From: Batkoa obscura
Lineage: Eukaryota
Length of the DNA stretch: 64,000 nt
Direction: 5' to 3'
Assembly (NCBI GenBank): GCA_030770535.1
Contig: JASVEC010000003.1
Coordinates: forward strand, 1,240,001 to 1,304,000
Shown: positions 24,815 to 38,321 of the stretch, piece after piece
Position numbering within the stretch: position 1 is the first letter of the stretch
How the letters are laid out: each line of letters opens with the position of its first letter
The notes under the pieces: model-generated
What the model was told of the DNA's origin: nothing
What the model saw: only the letters and a program-made list of their open reading frames with translations
Databases searched by the model: none
Translations under genes and position numbers: made by a program

Positions 24815-25394
24815 ATAAGGGATGGATTTATTAAGCTATCATTTATAAAATTATCTTTTGGTTATTTGTTAAATTTTTTATAGCTAATATTTGATAAATT
24901 ATTATCGCTGTTAGTTTGTTTAGGTTTCAAATATCATATCTATCAGTTAAGTTAGGTTTATAAAAAAATGTAAAAAGAAGATTGTTAACGAGAATGAGTG
25001 TAAAAATACTAAAAAGATAGCAATTTAAAGGAACAAAAGAGGTGTTAAGTAAAAAGTTGACGGCACATAATACTATTTTTTTATCAAATTCGAACTTTAA
25101 AAAAGAATTAAGGCAAAAGATTTATAAATGAAGGTGCTATTTTGAAGGAATGTTGATATAGATTTAAATTTGTCGTTTGAATTCAAAATAAATTTTAATA
25201 AACATGACATTAAAGGATCAAAAAACACGATTTAATGCCTTTTTTTAAAAAAGTAGGATCAAAACTAACATCTGCTTTACTCAATTCTCACACAAAAAAA
25301 TTCGTTTATATAAGCTCTAACTTTAGATACCATTGATACATCGACAGCTAAAAAAAATACTACACCTCAAATCAAACTTAACTATCCCTTTTAT

Positions 25395-25604
25395 TTAATA
25401 CCTCTTTCCAATAGCTCTACTCATTGCCATACTTTTAGGATATAAAAATCGAGTACCAATACCCAAACAAGCGATTAAATTAATAAACATACCCCAACCA
25501 AAACCAGAAAGAAAAGGAAAAAGTAATTGATTAGTAATTATAGTGAGGATAGTCGAGCCTATACTAGGGGTTACTGGTGGTGATTTATTTTTTTTGAGTT
25601 GCAT
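25395..25604 (-). CDS. Small single-TM protein, possibly Mim1-like mitochondrial import factor
   Basis: ITNQLLFPFLSGFGWG loosely resembles the Mim1 TM motif (NLxLPFxNGxxxG). Confidence 0.35.
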   Translation of the reverse strand: MQLKKNKSPPVTPSIGSTILTIITNQLLFPFLSGFGWGMFINLIACLGIGTRFLYPKSMAMSRAIGKRY

Positions 25605-26110
25605 TTTCGTTTTAAAATTGAAATTATAAGAAAATTAAAAAGATCAATTTTGAAAAATGGAAATTTTAGTAGCTGCTTTTTTTGGTTGGCAATTAAAGCG
25701 AAAATTAAAGGTTAAGTTTTATTTTTAAAAACTTAATTGTAAGTTGAAATACTAGCTATAGCTTTATGTAAACATGTAAAAATAATTGATATTATGAAAT
25801 TCGTTTTAAGCAATATATTTTCATATATATATAATGTATCATTATTAATAAGATATATCTAAAAGAACTATCAAAATATTAAATATTATTGTAGTATCTT
25901 AAACTAAAATTTACACTCTGGGCTTAAATTTTCAATATAGCAAATAATGATTAATAATTAAATGAAAAGCAATACATTATCTACATATAAAGAAACATAC
26001 CATATTTACTTTTTAAAACAACTTTAAAAAAATTACGCATTCCCAAATTAAAAATTAAAGTATTCATCATATAACATATTATTGTCAAAAAATATCTTTT
26101 ACTTAATCAC

Positions 26111-26859
26111 CTATTGTCCCTTCCCTTTCTCTAATCCAGCAGGTGAATCTACGTTCTTATTGATATCTTCAAATCCAACCGGTGGTGTTAATGTTTTCTT
26201 TGCTTTTTCACCAAGATAATGATAATCTACAAATCGATAAGCTTGAGTTAATTGGGTTACTTCATTGGTGGCATGGCAAGCAAATAATAACATATTTCTT
26301 GGTTCGACCATCCATGCAAAACGCATAAAGACAGCGGAGTAAAGGCAAAGAGCTAGAGAAAAGGAGATAAGTTATTTATATTGAGTTACCAACTTATTCT
26401 TAATCGAACAAAATAAAGCAGAGTAGAAATTAAAATTAAAAATGGCTAGTTTGAATAGTTTGATAAAGAGTTCAATAAATTTAACACTTACCTGTAGTCA
26501 TTTTACCAGAGATTAATTCTGGGTCTTTATTTAAATCATTTAAAGCAGCAATTGGAATACCCCAGTTAGCGACTAAATAATAAAACTTAGTAAATAGCTT
26601 GTATTATTGAGGATCATGGGCTTACCAGGTCCCCAGAAATGCTATTTAAGGTTTTAAAAAATAAAATAATAAGTTTATGTTTTTTTATAAAAGAATACAT
26701 GTTCTACTTACAGTACTAAAGATAAAGATTAATTATCAATAAGAATGGATAACAGTATTATTAATGGTTTATTTACCTGCATAAATACTCACGAAATTCT
26801 TTAGATTTTACTTTAGTCATTAATCTTTGAGCTATCGAATTGCTGGCTGGTCCACTCAT
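26111..26859 (-). CDS. MPC1: Mitochondrial pyruvate carrier 1
   Basis: Five exons (26859-26777, 26715-26712, 26641-26626, 26572-26492, 26352-26111) give [22 protein letters not shown]...[21 protein letters not shown]...[10 protein letters not shown]. Confidence 0.93.
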
Positions 26860-27249
26860 TTTTTTAAATTTTTTATAAAAGAATAGAAATGAAAAATTGA
26901 TAAGAGTTTTGAAGTTTTTTTTTTGGTGCTTAATTTTGTCCCTGAAAAATAAGATGAGTGAAATTGGAAAGTTAATGTTAGAGTGAAAGATAAGATAAAA
27001 GTAATAGTATAAGGATTATAAATTTATTCTAAAGACTGAATACATATACTACTTACTAATTGAGATCATTATCTAGTTTTACTATATCCTACATTGAATT
27101 CAAGTTAACGCTCCTTCTTTATCTATTGTAAATTCCCTCTAAAGCCATAGCTAATCTCCAACCAATAAAAACATCGACATTGTTTATAGTGTCATTAACT
27201 TTTTCAAAAAAAAAGTGTCATAAGTTCCTTTTTTCAAAGCAATCTTTAA

Positions 27250-29607
27250 ATGGCACGTAAAAATCCTCCCAGAAAAGCAAAGACTTCCAATAACTATGTT
27301 TTTACTACCAACGAAGATGGGGAAGTCATTTTAAGAAAAGGTAAAGCGAATAGTGAACAAGTGGATGGGGCAACAATCGAAGGGGAGACAGATGGAGTAG
27401 GTAAGGAGAATTGGGGATTAAATGAAAAAAAAGTGCTAATATAATATATAGATAGTGTAAATAGCGAACAGGAGTTAACTAGTGTCAAGAAAACTGGTAG
27501 AAAACCTAAAAAAGTTATTGTAAAGAAAAGTAAACTTAAAATTATTTATATGTTGTTTAATTAATATCTATGTTCGATCAACAGCTACTGTAACCGATAA
27601 AAAAAACTCGATCAAAGATTATTTTACAAAAAAAACAAAAGATACTGTAGTCAATTGCAAAGAAATTGTTGATGATGTGAAAGAAGAATTGGTAGAACTG
27701 CAAATTATAACAGATGAGTGTATTCAGAAGGTAATATTATTTTGAGTTTATTAGAATGAATAGATGTTGAATTGAAATAAAGGAACAAGAATTCGATTCA
27801 GAAGTTACTATGACTAAAAAAAGAAAGGGTAAAAAAGAGATGAATACAAAGTTAAAAAGAGGCAAAAAACAAACTAGAAAGGGAGATGAAAGCAGTGAAG
27901 AAGAGTATATAGATAATGGGATGGAAAGTGAAGAAAAACATGTGGATAATGACGAAATAGCTGAAGATGAAATATATAAAGAAGAAGAAGTGGTAGTTAA
28001 AAAGAAAACCACGATGAGTAATAAAAAGATTAAGAGTAATTTTCCAACTACTAAAAAGAATAAACTAAAACAAAAGATGCCAAAAACATTTGAACTTATT
28101 GCAAATAAAGAAGAAGTGGAAATAAGTGATCCTAAATTAATTGATAGTATTTATTTTCAAAGAAAGGAATATGATGTTTTGGAAGTAAAAGAAGGAGAGT
28201 ATGAGCAAATGTTCCAATCAGATAATATTAAATTAAGAATCGAAGGAAAAAAGTATGAACTGAAATCATATGATAGTATGGAAATTAATGGATACAAAAT
28301 ATTTAATATTAATTTGAATAGTTATTGGATTGATTTTGACTATAGCGGGCAGTATTTGGCAGTAGCGGGCAATTTAAAAGACAATGGTAGTGAGTTAAAA
28401 ATGAAATTTAATTTTGATAATAAAAAAGGTTGGATCCAAATTTGGGATTTAAAGAGAATGAAGCTAATTATTAATATTTGGCATAATTTTAGTGGGTTGT
28501 TAAAGTTAAAGTGGTGGAATATTAATATGGATAAAATTAATATTGAAAATAGTACTAGTTTAGGTTGTTTAATAGTTAATGGAGAAGATGGTAAAATAAG
28601 ACTATTTAAAATACCAAAAATAGAAGAAAAAGAAAAAGAAATTATGCATATTAAACTAACGGATGAGTCAAAAAATATTATGGGAATTTTAAAACATCCA
28701 GAAATATTATATAATAATTTTGAAATGTTCAGTAATAATCTTTTAATAGCTATTAGTTTACAGGGGAATATTATTAGTTATGATTTAATAGATTGTATCT
28801 TAAATCAAAACAATATTAATAAAATACCAAAATTTATTGCCCAACCTCATCATTCTCCAATTTCTTACATTACTTTATTATGCAATAAATACTTATTCAC
28901 ATTTTCATATGATGGTAAAGCAATGATTCAATCACTTAATGATTATGAAAAGAAATTTAAACTACATACATCAAGAACAGCACCTAACAATGCTACTACT
29001 ATTGTTTATGACAATCAACAATATGTCTTATTTTCAGATCAACAAGGAGGTATAAAATGGCTACACTTTATGGATTTAGATTTAAGTTGTAAATTATATA
29101 AATGCAATACATATCCAAAATCACCGGCGGTTAAGTATTTAGCTAGTCAATATCATCATTTAACGGCCGCGACTACATTTCAAGGCACACTGGATTTATT
29201 TATGTGTTGGGGTATGAATACGAGAGGAGATAGGGTAAGTCGAAGCTTTGATTTTTTTAATAGTTAATTGATCTTATTTTTTAATTTTGTTTTAGGCATT
29301 TTCAGAAGTGAGTATAGTGAAAGTGGAACAAGAAGATGAAAACGAAGGATTACAGCTGTCCTTATTAAAAGAGATACCTAAAGTAAGATGATATAGTTTT
29401 AAAGTTTAACATTGCTTATTTATTTATTATTAGGATTTATTAAAAAATGAAAAATATCATTTAAAATTATTAAAAAATACTCAACCTCATTTTTTAACTA
29501 AGTTATATTTTAATACTGTTATATGGTGTCAGAATAAAAATAAGCCATTTTTAGTTGCTACTACGACTAATAATGGTCTGTTGGTAGTGAGGGATTTGAA
29601 AGAGTGA
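27250..29607 (+). CDS. WD40 protein, TFIIIC subunit Tfc6/GTF3C2-like
   Basis: Charged N-terminus with AT-hook-like KTGRKPKK; WD-like repeats (QYLAVAG, WIQIWD, LKWW); C-terminal VIWCQN...LVATTTNNGLLVVRDL; several short introns. Confidence 0.6.
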
Positions 29608-29899
29608 AAATGAGGAATATATAATATATAAGTTTTATAGAACTTTTTAACTTAATTTATAAATAAAAGATTAAACATGTATAAATAAATTAAAGTTTAA
29701 TATTGAATATTTTTTTGATATTTTACTAACTTTATAAATGAAAGATAAACAAAAAATGATCTTTTTTAATTTTGAACTTGAGTGTATAAAATTATTAAAT
29801 TGTATCAAAGCCAATCTAAACAAATTTATTAATAACTTTAAAACTTTATAATTTTATAGATTGAACACTATCATTATAATTATCTTTTATTAATGATGC

Positions 29900-31442
29900 T
29901 GATATTTGATAATCTGGGTATGTTTTTTCATTCTAGTAGGCTAATTATTTTTAAGGTAATATAAAGTTAAAAAATTGTTAGTTAATTTTGATAAAAGAAA
30001 CATGTTTAAATTACTTTTACTTTTTAATATCAACTTGTAATATAAGATTAATAGCAGATATGGGGCTGTTTTTTTTATTTAAGAATTTTACTAACAGTTT
30101 TTCCACTCAAATAGCACTTAAAAGATAGAAAAAGTAATGAAGGCAAAAAAAACACCCTCATATTAGCATTAAATTATCATTTTTAGCTGATTCATCAAAC
30201 TTAATATCTGCTTAAATAAAGTAGAAACATTATCTAACCATCTAGAATAAATAGAAATAATATCAAGTGTTATTAAAAAAGCAAAAAATCGAAGAGTAGT
30301 ATAGTATTCCAGCTTTAAATTAGAATTATGGAGAATAAAGGATTGAATGTGCAATACAGAATCAAAAAGGTGCTTAAAGGACATACCACATTTATAGCAA
30401 TAGTTAGAATAAGTCAACGAGATTATTTCAAGTGCTGATTTAACTGATTTATTCTCACTTAATTTCAGTATTGCATTCTCCTTTTTCCATAAGTCGTGAG
30501 TATCAAATTGTAAGTTAGAGTAAGGATCATCAATGGAAAGTAAAAATACAACTGCCAATAATATGGTTTTTGTTCAATATCATTTTTATAATTCAAATCT
30601 AAACCTATATACAATAATTATTTAAGTTGGAAAGATAACAAGATGGTAATGCTGAGCTACTACCTCTTAATCTATTTAATAAAATGACCATTGATTGAAT
30701 ATTACTTAATGTTATTTTAAATAGACTTGGTTGGAAATACTTCAGTAACTTGTCTTTCAAGAACACCTCCAACTCTAGTAGATTATTATCATTTTCATCA
30801 CTAGAGTTAGAGCAACTACCATTATAGAATAAATCAGCATGTTGTCTGTTTTCTTACTTGCGAATTGGCTACAAGTAAATAATGGTAATAACACATTAAT
30901 TCTTTGAAAATGAAGGGTTATAAGCTGCGATGTAACGTTACAACTATTGACACTATTTTTTACAATAGTACATTCTGACATGAAAAATGGTATGTTGCCA
31001 AAAAAACGAATTGAGGGATTGATTTGGTGAAATTTTATAAAAGAAATAGAAGTCGTGATCATATATAACAGGTGAGTAGAACATCAATGAGAAAAATAGA
31101 AATACTGAAAACACTAGAACTAAATCTAGTACCACTTACAGGAATTTTAAACTGATTAAAGTATCTATAATTTAAAATGATTTTACTTTCTATCTATATT
31201 TCTTTTGCTTCCCATTTTGGTTGGCTGTGATAGCAAAAATGTTTGAGAATGAAAAGCTTCAATATTACATCTTTGGTTTTCGTTTGTTATTTTGTTGCCT
31301 TGAACATTCTAATCCTTTTTCTTTACACATAATACAAGCAAGTATTGACAAATTGCATTTTGTTTTCCTCATATAGCATTCACCACATGCTGACCTAATC
31401 CTAATTTGATTTATTGATCACGACTCTCTCATCTTTGGTCAT
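29900..31442 (-). pseudogene. Zn(II)2Cys6 transcription factor pseudogene
   Basis: CGECYMRKTKCNLSILACIMCKEKGLEC at 31387-31304, followed by stops and frameshifts. MHR-like fragments (FHQINPSI; LRFFAFLITLDIIS). MITE near the 3' end; 3' boundary approximate. Confidence 0.65.
30062..30159 (+). mobile_element. MITE
   Basis: Family consensus, ATAT TSD. Confidence 0.8.
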
Positions 31443-32052
31443 AAATATTCAAAGAGCATATGTTTTGTTTAGTACTTTTACAGGATATGATCCATACAAG
31501 TAGCTGTAAGAATATCTAATTACTTTTTAAATGTAGCTATGGCTATAAAATTACCTATGACATATTACTTACTAGTTTGTTTAAATCTAAGACTCAATTT
31601 TATTCTATTTGGTTTTTTAAAAATGGAACAGGACATAAAAAAATATTGCTTTTGTTTAACTTTAAAGTAACCCTATAAATTCTACAACTTAGATCAAAAA
31701 TGACAAAAGAATTTTATTTGTGAACAATTGAGTAGTATTTTGAACTTTTGCCCGTATTATAAAAAAAATTTATATCATTACACTAATAACATAAACTAAT
31801 ATTATAGAGCCTTTTGATTTGTTGTAAATAATGAAGGTTTTAAAAAAATTAAAAAAAGTTTTTATTTTAATATATTATAATAATACACCAAATGATATTA
31901 AATTTTTTTTAGTAAAACAAAAATAAAAGAAAAAAGTATAAATGAAAGAGCGTCATACTCAACCCAGTACATTTTCTTATACCTTTTCAAACCTCGACAC
32001 TATCCATAGTCCCCTCCCTTATTAGTTAAATAATTGATAAACTTCTTCAAAT

Positions 32053-34104
32053 TTAATTCCTCCTTTGTAATGAGCTAGCGGTAGGTGACATCTCCGTGGG
32101 TGACATCACTGCTGCTGTATTATCCATCTGTTCTGGTTCCTCATTTATGACTATGATATTCTTTCCTCTAGCATATTTAGGATTTGCTGCCCCATCCATT
32201 GAAAACTGTGACAATGGTCTGCTTGGATTTGATTTGGACCTCAATCTTGTTCTAATAGTAGGATTAGATACTGTACGTATCAAATTTTTTATTAAAGAAT
32301 TTGGACTATTTTCTTGCATTCCATTCCCAACTTCTTCCATATCTCCAACACTACCTGAATCTATTCCCACTGTTGAATTACTTGCTAACCCGCATCCAGG
32401 AGATAATCCAGGTAAAGCATCATTATTAAATTTAGTAATCGAAGGCTTTCTATATAAACTTGAAGCTTCTAACTGTTCATCTGTAAACAAAGTTCGCTTT
32501 TTTAAATGATCATCTTTTTCTGGGTGAATTAAGTTGCTCAATTTGACTAACATAGATTTCCCTGAATCCACCGTCATGGTAGAGGTTCGTGATGCTTGGG
32601 GTCGTATGGTACGTTGGATATGAACTGGTAAGCTAGAATTTTTTGGATGTGGGGTAGGCATACGATTAGAATCTACTTTAACACTTTCTGTAGCTTCTAA
32701 GTTTTCCGGTGAGGTTAGTGTATAACTTGTATGTGTACTTGGATCATTTTCATTCCTTATGATGTTTGCTGTTAGGTTACTGATTGTACCTGTTGGTCTA
32801 GAGGAATTGTTGCTATTATTATTGTTTTCTTCTATTTGACTTTCATTAATGTTGACTGTTTTTTCTTTCATTTCAGGCTCCTCCAAAGCTAATGTTTCAT
32901 ACATTCTAGAAGTTTGTAAAATAATAACTCCACCACAGATACAAAAGAAAGCTAAAATAAGGGTAACAATAGAGATTGGAGAAGTGGCAAAGCCTTTGTA
33001 TAAGATAGCTGAAGATACAATCGTAGCTGTTGTAAACGTAACATAATACATTGGGGTGATTTCTGCTGTTACAAACTCGTTTAATGCTTTATTTAAATAA
33101 TTGATTTGTGTTATGATGGTTAATACTACAAACACTATTAATAAATAAATAAACCAATGCGTAAATTGATTATCTCCTGAAATCGAGGTAATGATGGCAC
33201 TACCTACTGCTTGTAATGTAACTACAGATAATGAACCAATAAAGGAGCAGATAGAAATATAAATAATGGGATGTTTTTTGCCATGTTTTGGGGCCATTCT
33301 ATAAGCTAAAAATATAGATATTAGGATCACTAAAATAGTGTATGTTAAAAAGCCTAAATTTTAAATATGTTAATATCTCATTAAAAGTAAAGTTCATAAT
33401 TTGGTTTTACCCGGAGAAATAGCAAGCTCCATAAACTGGTCAATTTTACCAGGAGCACTTTGTTCTGGTGCATGAAGTACTACAATCACGGATCCTAATA
33501 GACAAATGATACATCCAATTTTACCATGGAAATTAAGTCTTTCTTTTAAAAACACAGAAGATAAAACAGCACTAAAATGAATCTTGTCAGTCATTATTCA
33601 TGTTGTCAATATTTTACACCAATACCTAACAACTACGCTTAAAGCACCTAATGGAGTAACTAAAACAGCTGGTGCTAATATATAGGCCACAAAATTGGTA
33701 ATTTCACCTAAAGCCACTAATAAAAGGAATAAGTATTTGACTTACAGTGATGATTTATCAAGTTACTTACTCAATATCATACCAGCCCACCACATGGTAG
33801 ATTTTAGATAGCCGTGACCGTCTTCTATTAATTAAAAGTATAAGTATAAATGTTCAAAAAGTAGTTGTTCATAATCAAAATTTTATAATAGAATGGCAAC
33901 TTACCTTCTCCTTCTACTCTCGAAGAGATTAACCCTTTTTTCTTTAAGATAAAACTTATACCGATTAATAAGCCTAAGAGCAAATGGATTAGTAACTGAA
34001 TGATTGATGTAGCCTTGACTTGAATTACCCGATAATACAGCTAAGACGATACCTACTGCACGATAGATCGGGTCACCATTTACATCTATTTCAATACCTG
34101 CCAT
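32053..34104 (-). CDS. NIPA-family magnesium transporter with a long disordered C-terminal tail
   Basis: Spliced exons give IGISFILKKKGL, YLKSTMWWAGM, GEITNFVAYILAPAVLVTPLGALSVV, FLKERLN and TQINYLNKALN. Confidence 0.9.
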
Positions 34105-35924
34105 TGTTTATTGTAAATTTGAAATTGAGATGTGAAAAAATTAAGTTTATTTTTTTGGTTGTTTAAACTGAAAGAATGAGCGGGCGAGTTGAAATTATAA
34201 CAATTACAGAATAGAATTATATGATGGCAATGTATATATTTTAAAAAAAACAGATATAGCTTAATTAAAATTCAAAAGAGTAATACAAATAAAATATTAA
34301 TAAAAAGGAAAAGAATAGGCTATTGAGAATAGATTTGAGTGGGGAGAATCAAAGTTTGAATTTTACAATTTGGTTAAATTACTAATCCTTCTAAAAGAAG
34401 CATGAATTCATTTTACAGACCAAAAATGAGCTCATTTTTAATAGTGATATTACTAAATTTGGTAGGCTTGATATTTCTTTCATGCTTATCTTTTTTGATT
34501 TTATTTTTTTAGGGTAAACTTTAAGAATCGCTCGTTTTTTGTACACTGATTGATAAAATTACGAAGAAAAATGAAAGGCTCAATTGTTAAGTTTCAATTA
34601 ATGGAACAAATTAAAAGTTGATGAGTTTAAGAGCCGAAATATAATTGGTAGGTCTCATAATGCCTAGCATAGCTGTTAGTAAGATTTTTTTTAAACAATT
34701 ATGAGTTTAGCCTGACGAGATTAATGGAAACTTCGGAATTATTATTAAGAGAAATACTGAATCGATTTAGAAATAATTAAGCTATAATATGTTTATTTAA
34801 AGAGACCAAATTGATACACTAATTAAAGCGATAGTTGATTCTTATTATCAATTATTATAAATCAACAATATGTAAGAAATCAAACCCTTGTTCCATTCCT
34901 TGTGCTGTCGGGACAACCTAAAAAATATTGTTCTTTTTAAGCCAACCAAAAGGCTGACTGCGAATGGCATGTTTTTTGATTATAAATTTTTATCAATAAA
35001 ATTTTAATTTTAATATGATCAACTCATCAATAGCTTAATTTTTGCCATGGATTTTCATAGATTTTATTATTACAACTTAAAATTCTCCTTTTGGCTAGTT
35101 GTTTTTACATCTATTTAAGTTTAACTGTTCATTTAAGAATAAATTTTCAGACTAAATTTCACTAAAGTCTAAGGACTAGGCTTTTGAAAACAACCAAATA
35201 AATAGGAGCTGAAGAGCTTTCTCAAAAAACTGCATATTTGAGTGTTAAACAGCTATGTATGCTGCCTCTTTTTTATCAATTTTGTTAATATTTTCAAAAG
35301 GATTTGACCATTTGTAGTTTTGGTTTATTAAATGTTATAACATAAGAGAATAAGCTTTCATTCGTTTTTTAGTGGTAACTAGAAATTTATAAAGGATTTT
35401 ATCAGACATATGTAAGAGTTATATACCGGCTATATTTTATTTAATTATGCCGAATATTATAAATTGTATGGAGTTCAATACTCATTTTTTTAAATTGAAA
35501 TTTAACCCGATGATTTAAGATAAAATGGGTAAATTGATTTTGTTTTAAAAAAATTTGAACTTTGAAAAATATTAGAATATTATTTCTATTAAATTGATGA
35601 TTTATAATAGTTATTTAAAGGTATTTTCTTAATATACAAATCAAACAATTATTTTAGAAGTTGATGTATCTTTTAAATGATAAATATAGCAGTAGCTCAA
35701 GAATTATTTCAACACTTTAAAATTGTATTTTTTGTTTATTTTCTTACAGAAAATAAATTATTAGTTTATAATATTATTTAAACGATATAAAATAAAATAA
35801 ATTGTATCAATATTTATTTATATTTAAGTTTGGAAAAAAGTTTCTTTTAAAATATTAAAAATTATAACACTCTATTGAATTATATGATATTTATTTAATA
35901 ATCTTTTAATAAGTATTTTTATTT

Positions 35925-36022
35925 GGGAATGTATTTTTTTGTTAAAGAACTTTACTAACAATCTTTCCGCTCAAATAGCGCTTAAAAAATGGAAAAAATG
36001 ATGAAACCAAAAAAACATCCTC
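35925..36022 (+). mobile_element. MITE
   Basis: Family consensus. Confidence 0.8.
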
Positions 36023-36047
36023 ACTTATTAATTTCAAAACCTTAAAT

Positions 36048-36145
36048 GGGGGTGTTTTTTTTGGTTTCATTATTTTTTCCATTTTTTAAACGCTATTTAA
36101 GTGGAAAAACTGCTAGAAAATTTTTTAACAAAAAAATACATCCCC
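36048..36145 (-). mobile_element. MITE
   Basis: Reverse consensus, AAAT TSD. Confidence 0.85.
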
Positions 36146-36998
36146 AAATAGCATTCTTAGGAATACATTAAGTTTATTATCTTTATTAGATAAAATAAAA
36201 TAAAATAAAATAAGCCCAAACTCACTATAGTTGCTAAATAAGATATTTAAATAGGTATATTGAATAGTTTAAATTAGGATATTGAAAGTAATATCTGGCA
36301 AAAAGACTTTAATAGAGTTGGGATTCTATACTTTTTCAACCTAAATTAACCATAATCATTCACCTCAACTCATTTTCATTTGAAATATTTGAATTGGCTC
36401 TTCGCTTTCTCCTCTAGCCCTCTACCTATGCCTTGTAACCTTTATTCGCTGTGATCGGATGTTAAACTAAGAAGAACATCATTACCAGCAAGTAATAGCT
36501 CAACTTTGGTCATACGCATCACCCTTAACAATCAATTACTATTTCCCTTTCTTGTCAGTTTTAGTTGGGTACTATTTATCAATCTAAGTGCTTGTTTGGG
36601 CATCAATTGCAAATTTTCTATCCTAGAAGTACAACTATGAGTAAGGATATTATGAGGAGGTATTAAGCAAGTGGGGTTAGGGAGTAGGATGGGCCATCTA
36701 AAGAAAAAAGTTTTACTATTCTAATCCAGAGTTTGTATACCGAGTGGGATTCAATTGACTCAATTTATAAGTAAGCTTTGGATTTATATTTTTATAGACT
36801 TTTTCACAAATTATGTGTTATTCAATTGTTTTTCTTTAACAAATAAAAGTCTTATATTAAACTATCAAATTATTTGAACCCATTATACCTTCTCTTAAAA
36901 CAATCTTCTTATAAACATAGTACCAACAGTTTAAGAGCTGAAGACTTAATTTAATATAATAAATATTATTGTATGTCTTTAATCTTTATTCACTATTT

Positions 36999-37093
36999 GG
37001 GGGTGTTTTGGCTTCATCACTCTTTCCATCTTTTAAGCGCTATTTAAGTGGAAAAATCGTTAGTAAAACTCTTAAACACAAAAATACATCCAC
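36999..37093 (-). mobile_element. MITE
   Basis: Reverse consensus. Confidence 0.8.
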
Positions 37094-37304
37094 ATATTAC
37101 TTTTATTTTGTTACGATTCATACTCATTAATATATTATTTTTTACTATCTTAAACTTTATAACTAAAACATTCTAATACTATTTTAAATTCAAATAAAAT
37201 GTAATAATAATAATAATATATAAAAACGGTTAATTATTAACAATATATAATAAACAATAAAGATACGATATTATAATTATTAAGTTGATAATTTTATCTC
37301 CTAT

Positions 37305-37553
37305 TTATTTACATCTTAATAACGGTGGGAAAAAATCACATCCATCATTGGCACAAGAATATATACTCATATCATTATTTGGAGAATAAACAAGGCCATT
37401 AGAGTTAGAAGCATTAGATACAACCTTAACACAGCCTACACTACAAGCAAGCTTTTGTTATTTTATATCAGTGGTGGGGAAATAAGACATTTTAGAAGTG
37501 AAAAACATAGCACTAACTAAGATTAAACTATAAATAATAATGTTGGACTGCGT
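37305..37553 (-). pseudogene. Pseudogene paralog of the small secreted 8-Cys protein
   Basis: Same 249-nt length. Start ATG->ACG, internal TAA, three Cys lost. Reads SYFPTTDIK*QKLAC...SCANDGC...RCK*. Confidence 0.85.
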
Positions 37554-38321
37554 TTTCCAGAATGATGATAGTAATCTGATATATAAAATTAAACAAGTTG
37601 TTTATTCTTTCCATCAAAAAATTAACTTGTATTTATATTTATTTTCAGTCAATTTGGTTGAACCTTATAGTCAAAGAGTCATAATGATATCCATCGTTGA
37701 TTACTAACCCTTTGGTTTTTTATTTATATTAGTAACTATAGAAAAAATTTATAACAAGATGCACTTTCACAGTGATCGATTTTTTTTAACATAATGGAAA
37801 AGGAATTTTATTTTTGATTAATTGTATATTAACAGGAAACAACAAGAAAAAAGTAACAACAACTAAAGCGTATCCGGATACGGATAGAAATTGAGACAGT
37901 CAATGAATTAGCTTTTTATAAACAAAGAGGGATTTTAATAAAACAGATATGCTCTCATAAGGTTACAATTCTTGAAAACGCATTGCTTATTTTTGAAAAT
38001 TTAAAAAAGTATTGACGTTAAGTTCCTGTATATTTTTTTTGATAATTTCGCCTTGCCCAAAATCAAAAAAGATGTAGAAATCCAACCTTTGTAACACGAT
38101 ACCTCTGCTATTTTTTCCTTTCAAAAAAGCTATTGGAGCTTATGAAAAATCCTAACAATACTCAAATCGCCAACTCTAATAATTATTTGAATTCAACTTT
38201 ATTTTTAAACGAATTACTGAATATCATCATTCCATTTATCTATCAAAGATGTTTTATTTAAACATATTTAAATATTTCCAATAAATATACACTTCATCAA
38301 TCACATAGTTGTCTTCATTCC

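Noticed and set aside
36300..36760. Possible coding or retroelement remnant
   Set aside because: No recognisable motif in the frames I could read.
37869..37882. 14-bp palindrome CGTATCCGGATACG, and the CCG-N11-CGG inverted repeat near 58605
   Set aside because: Single occurrences with no supporting conservation.
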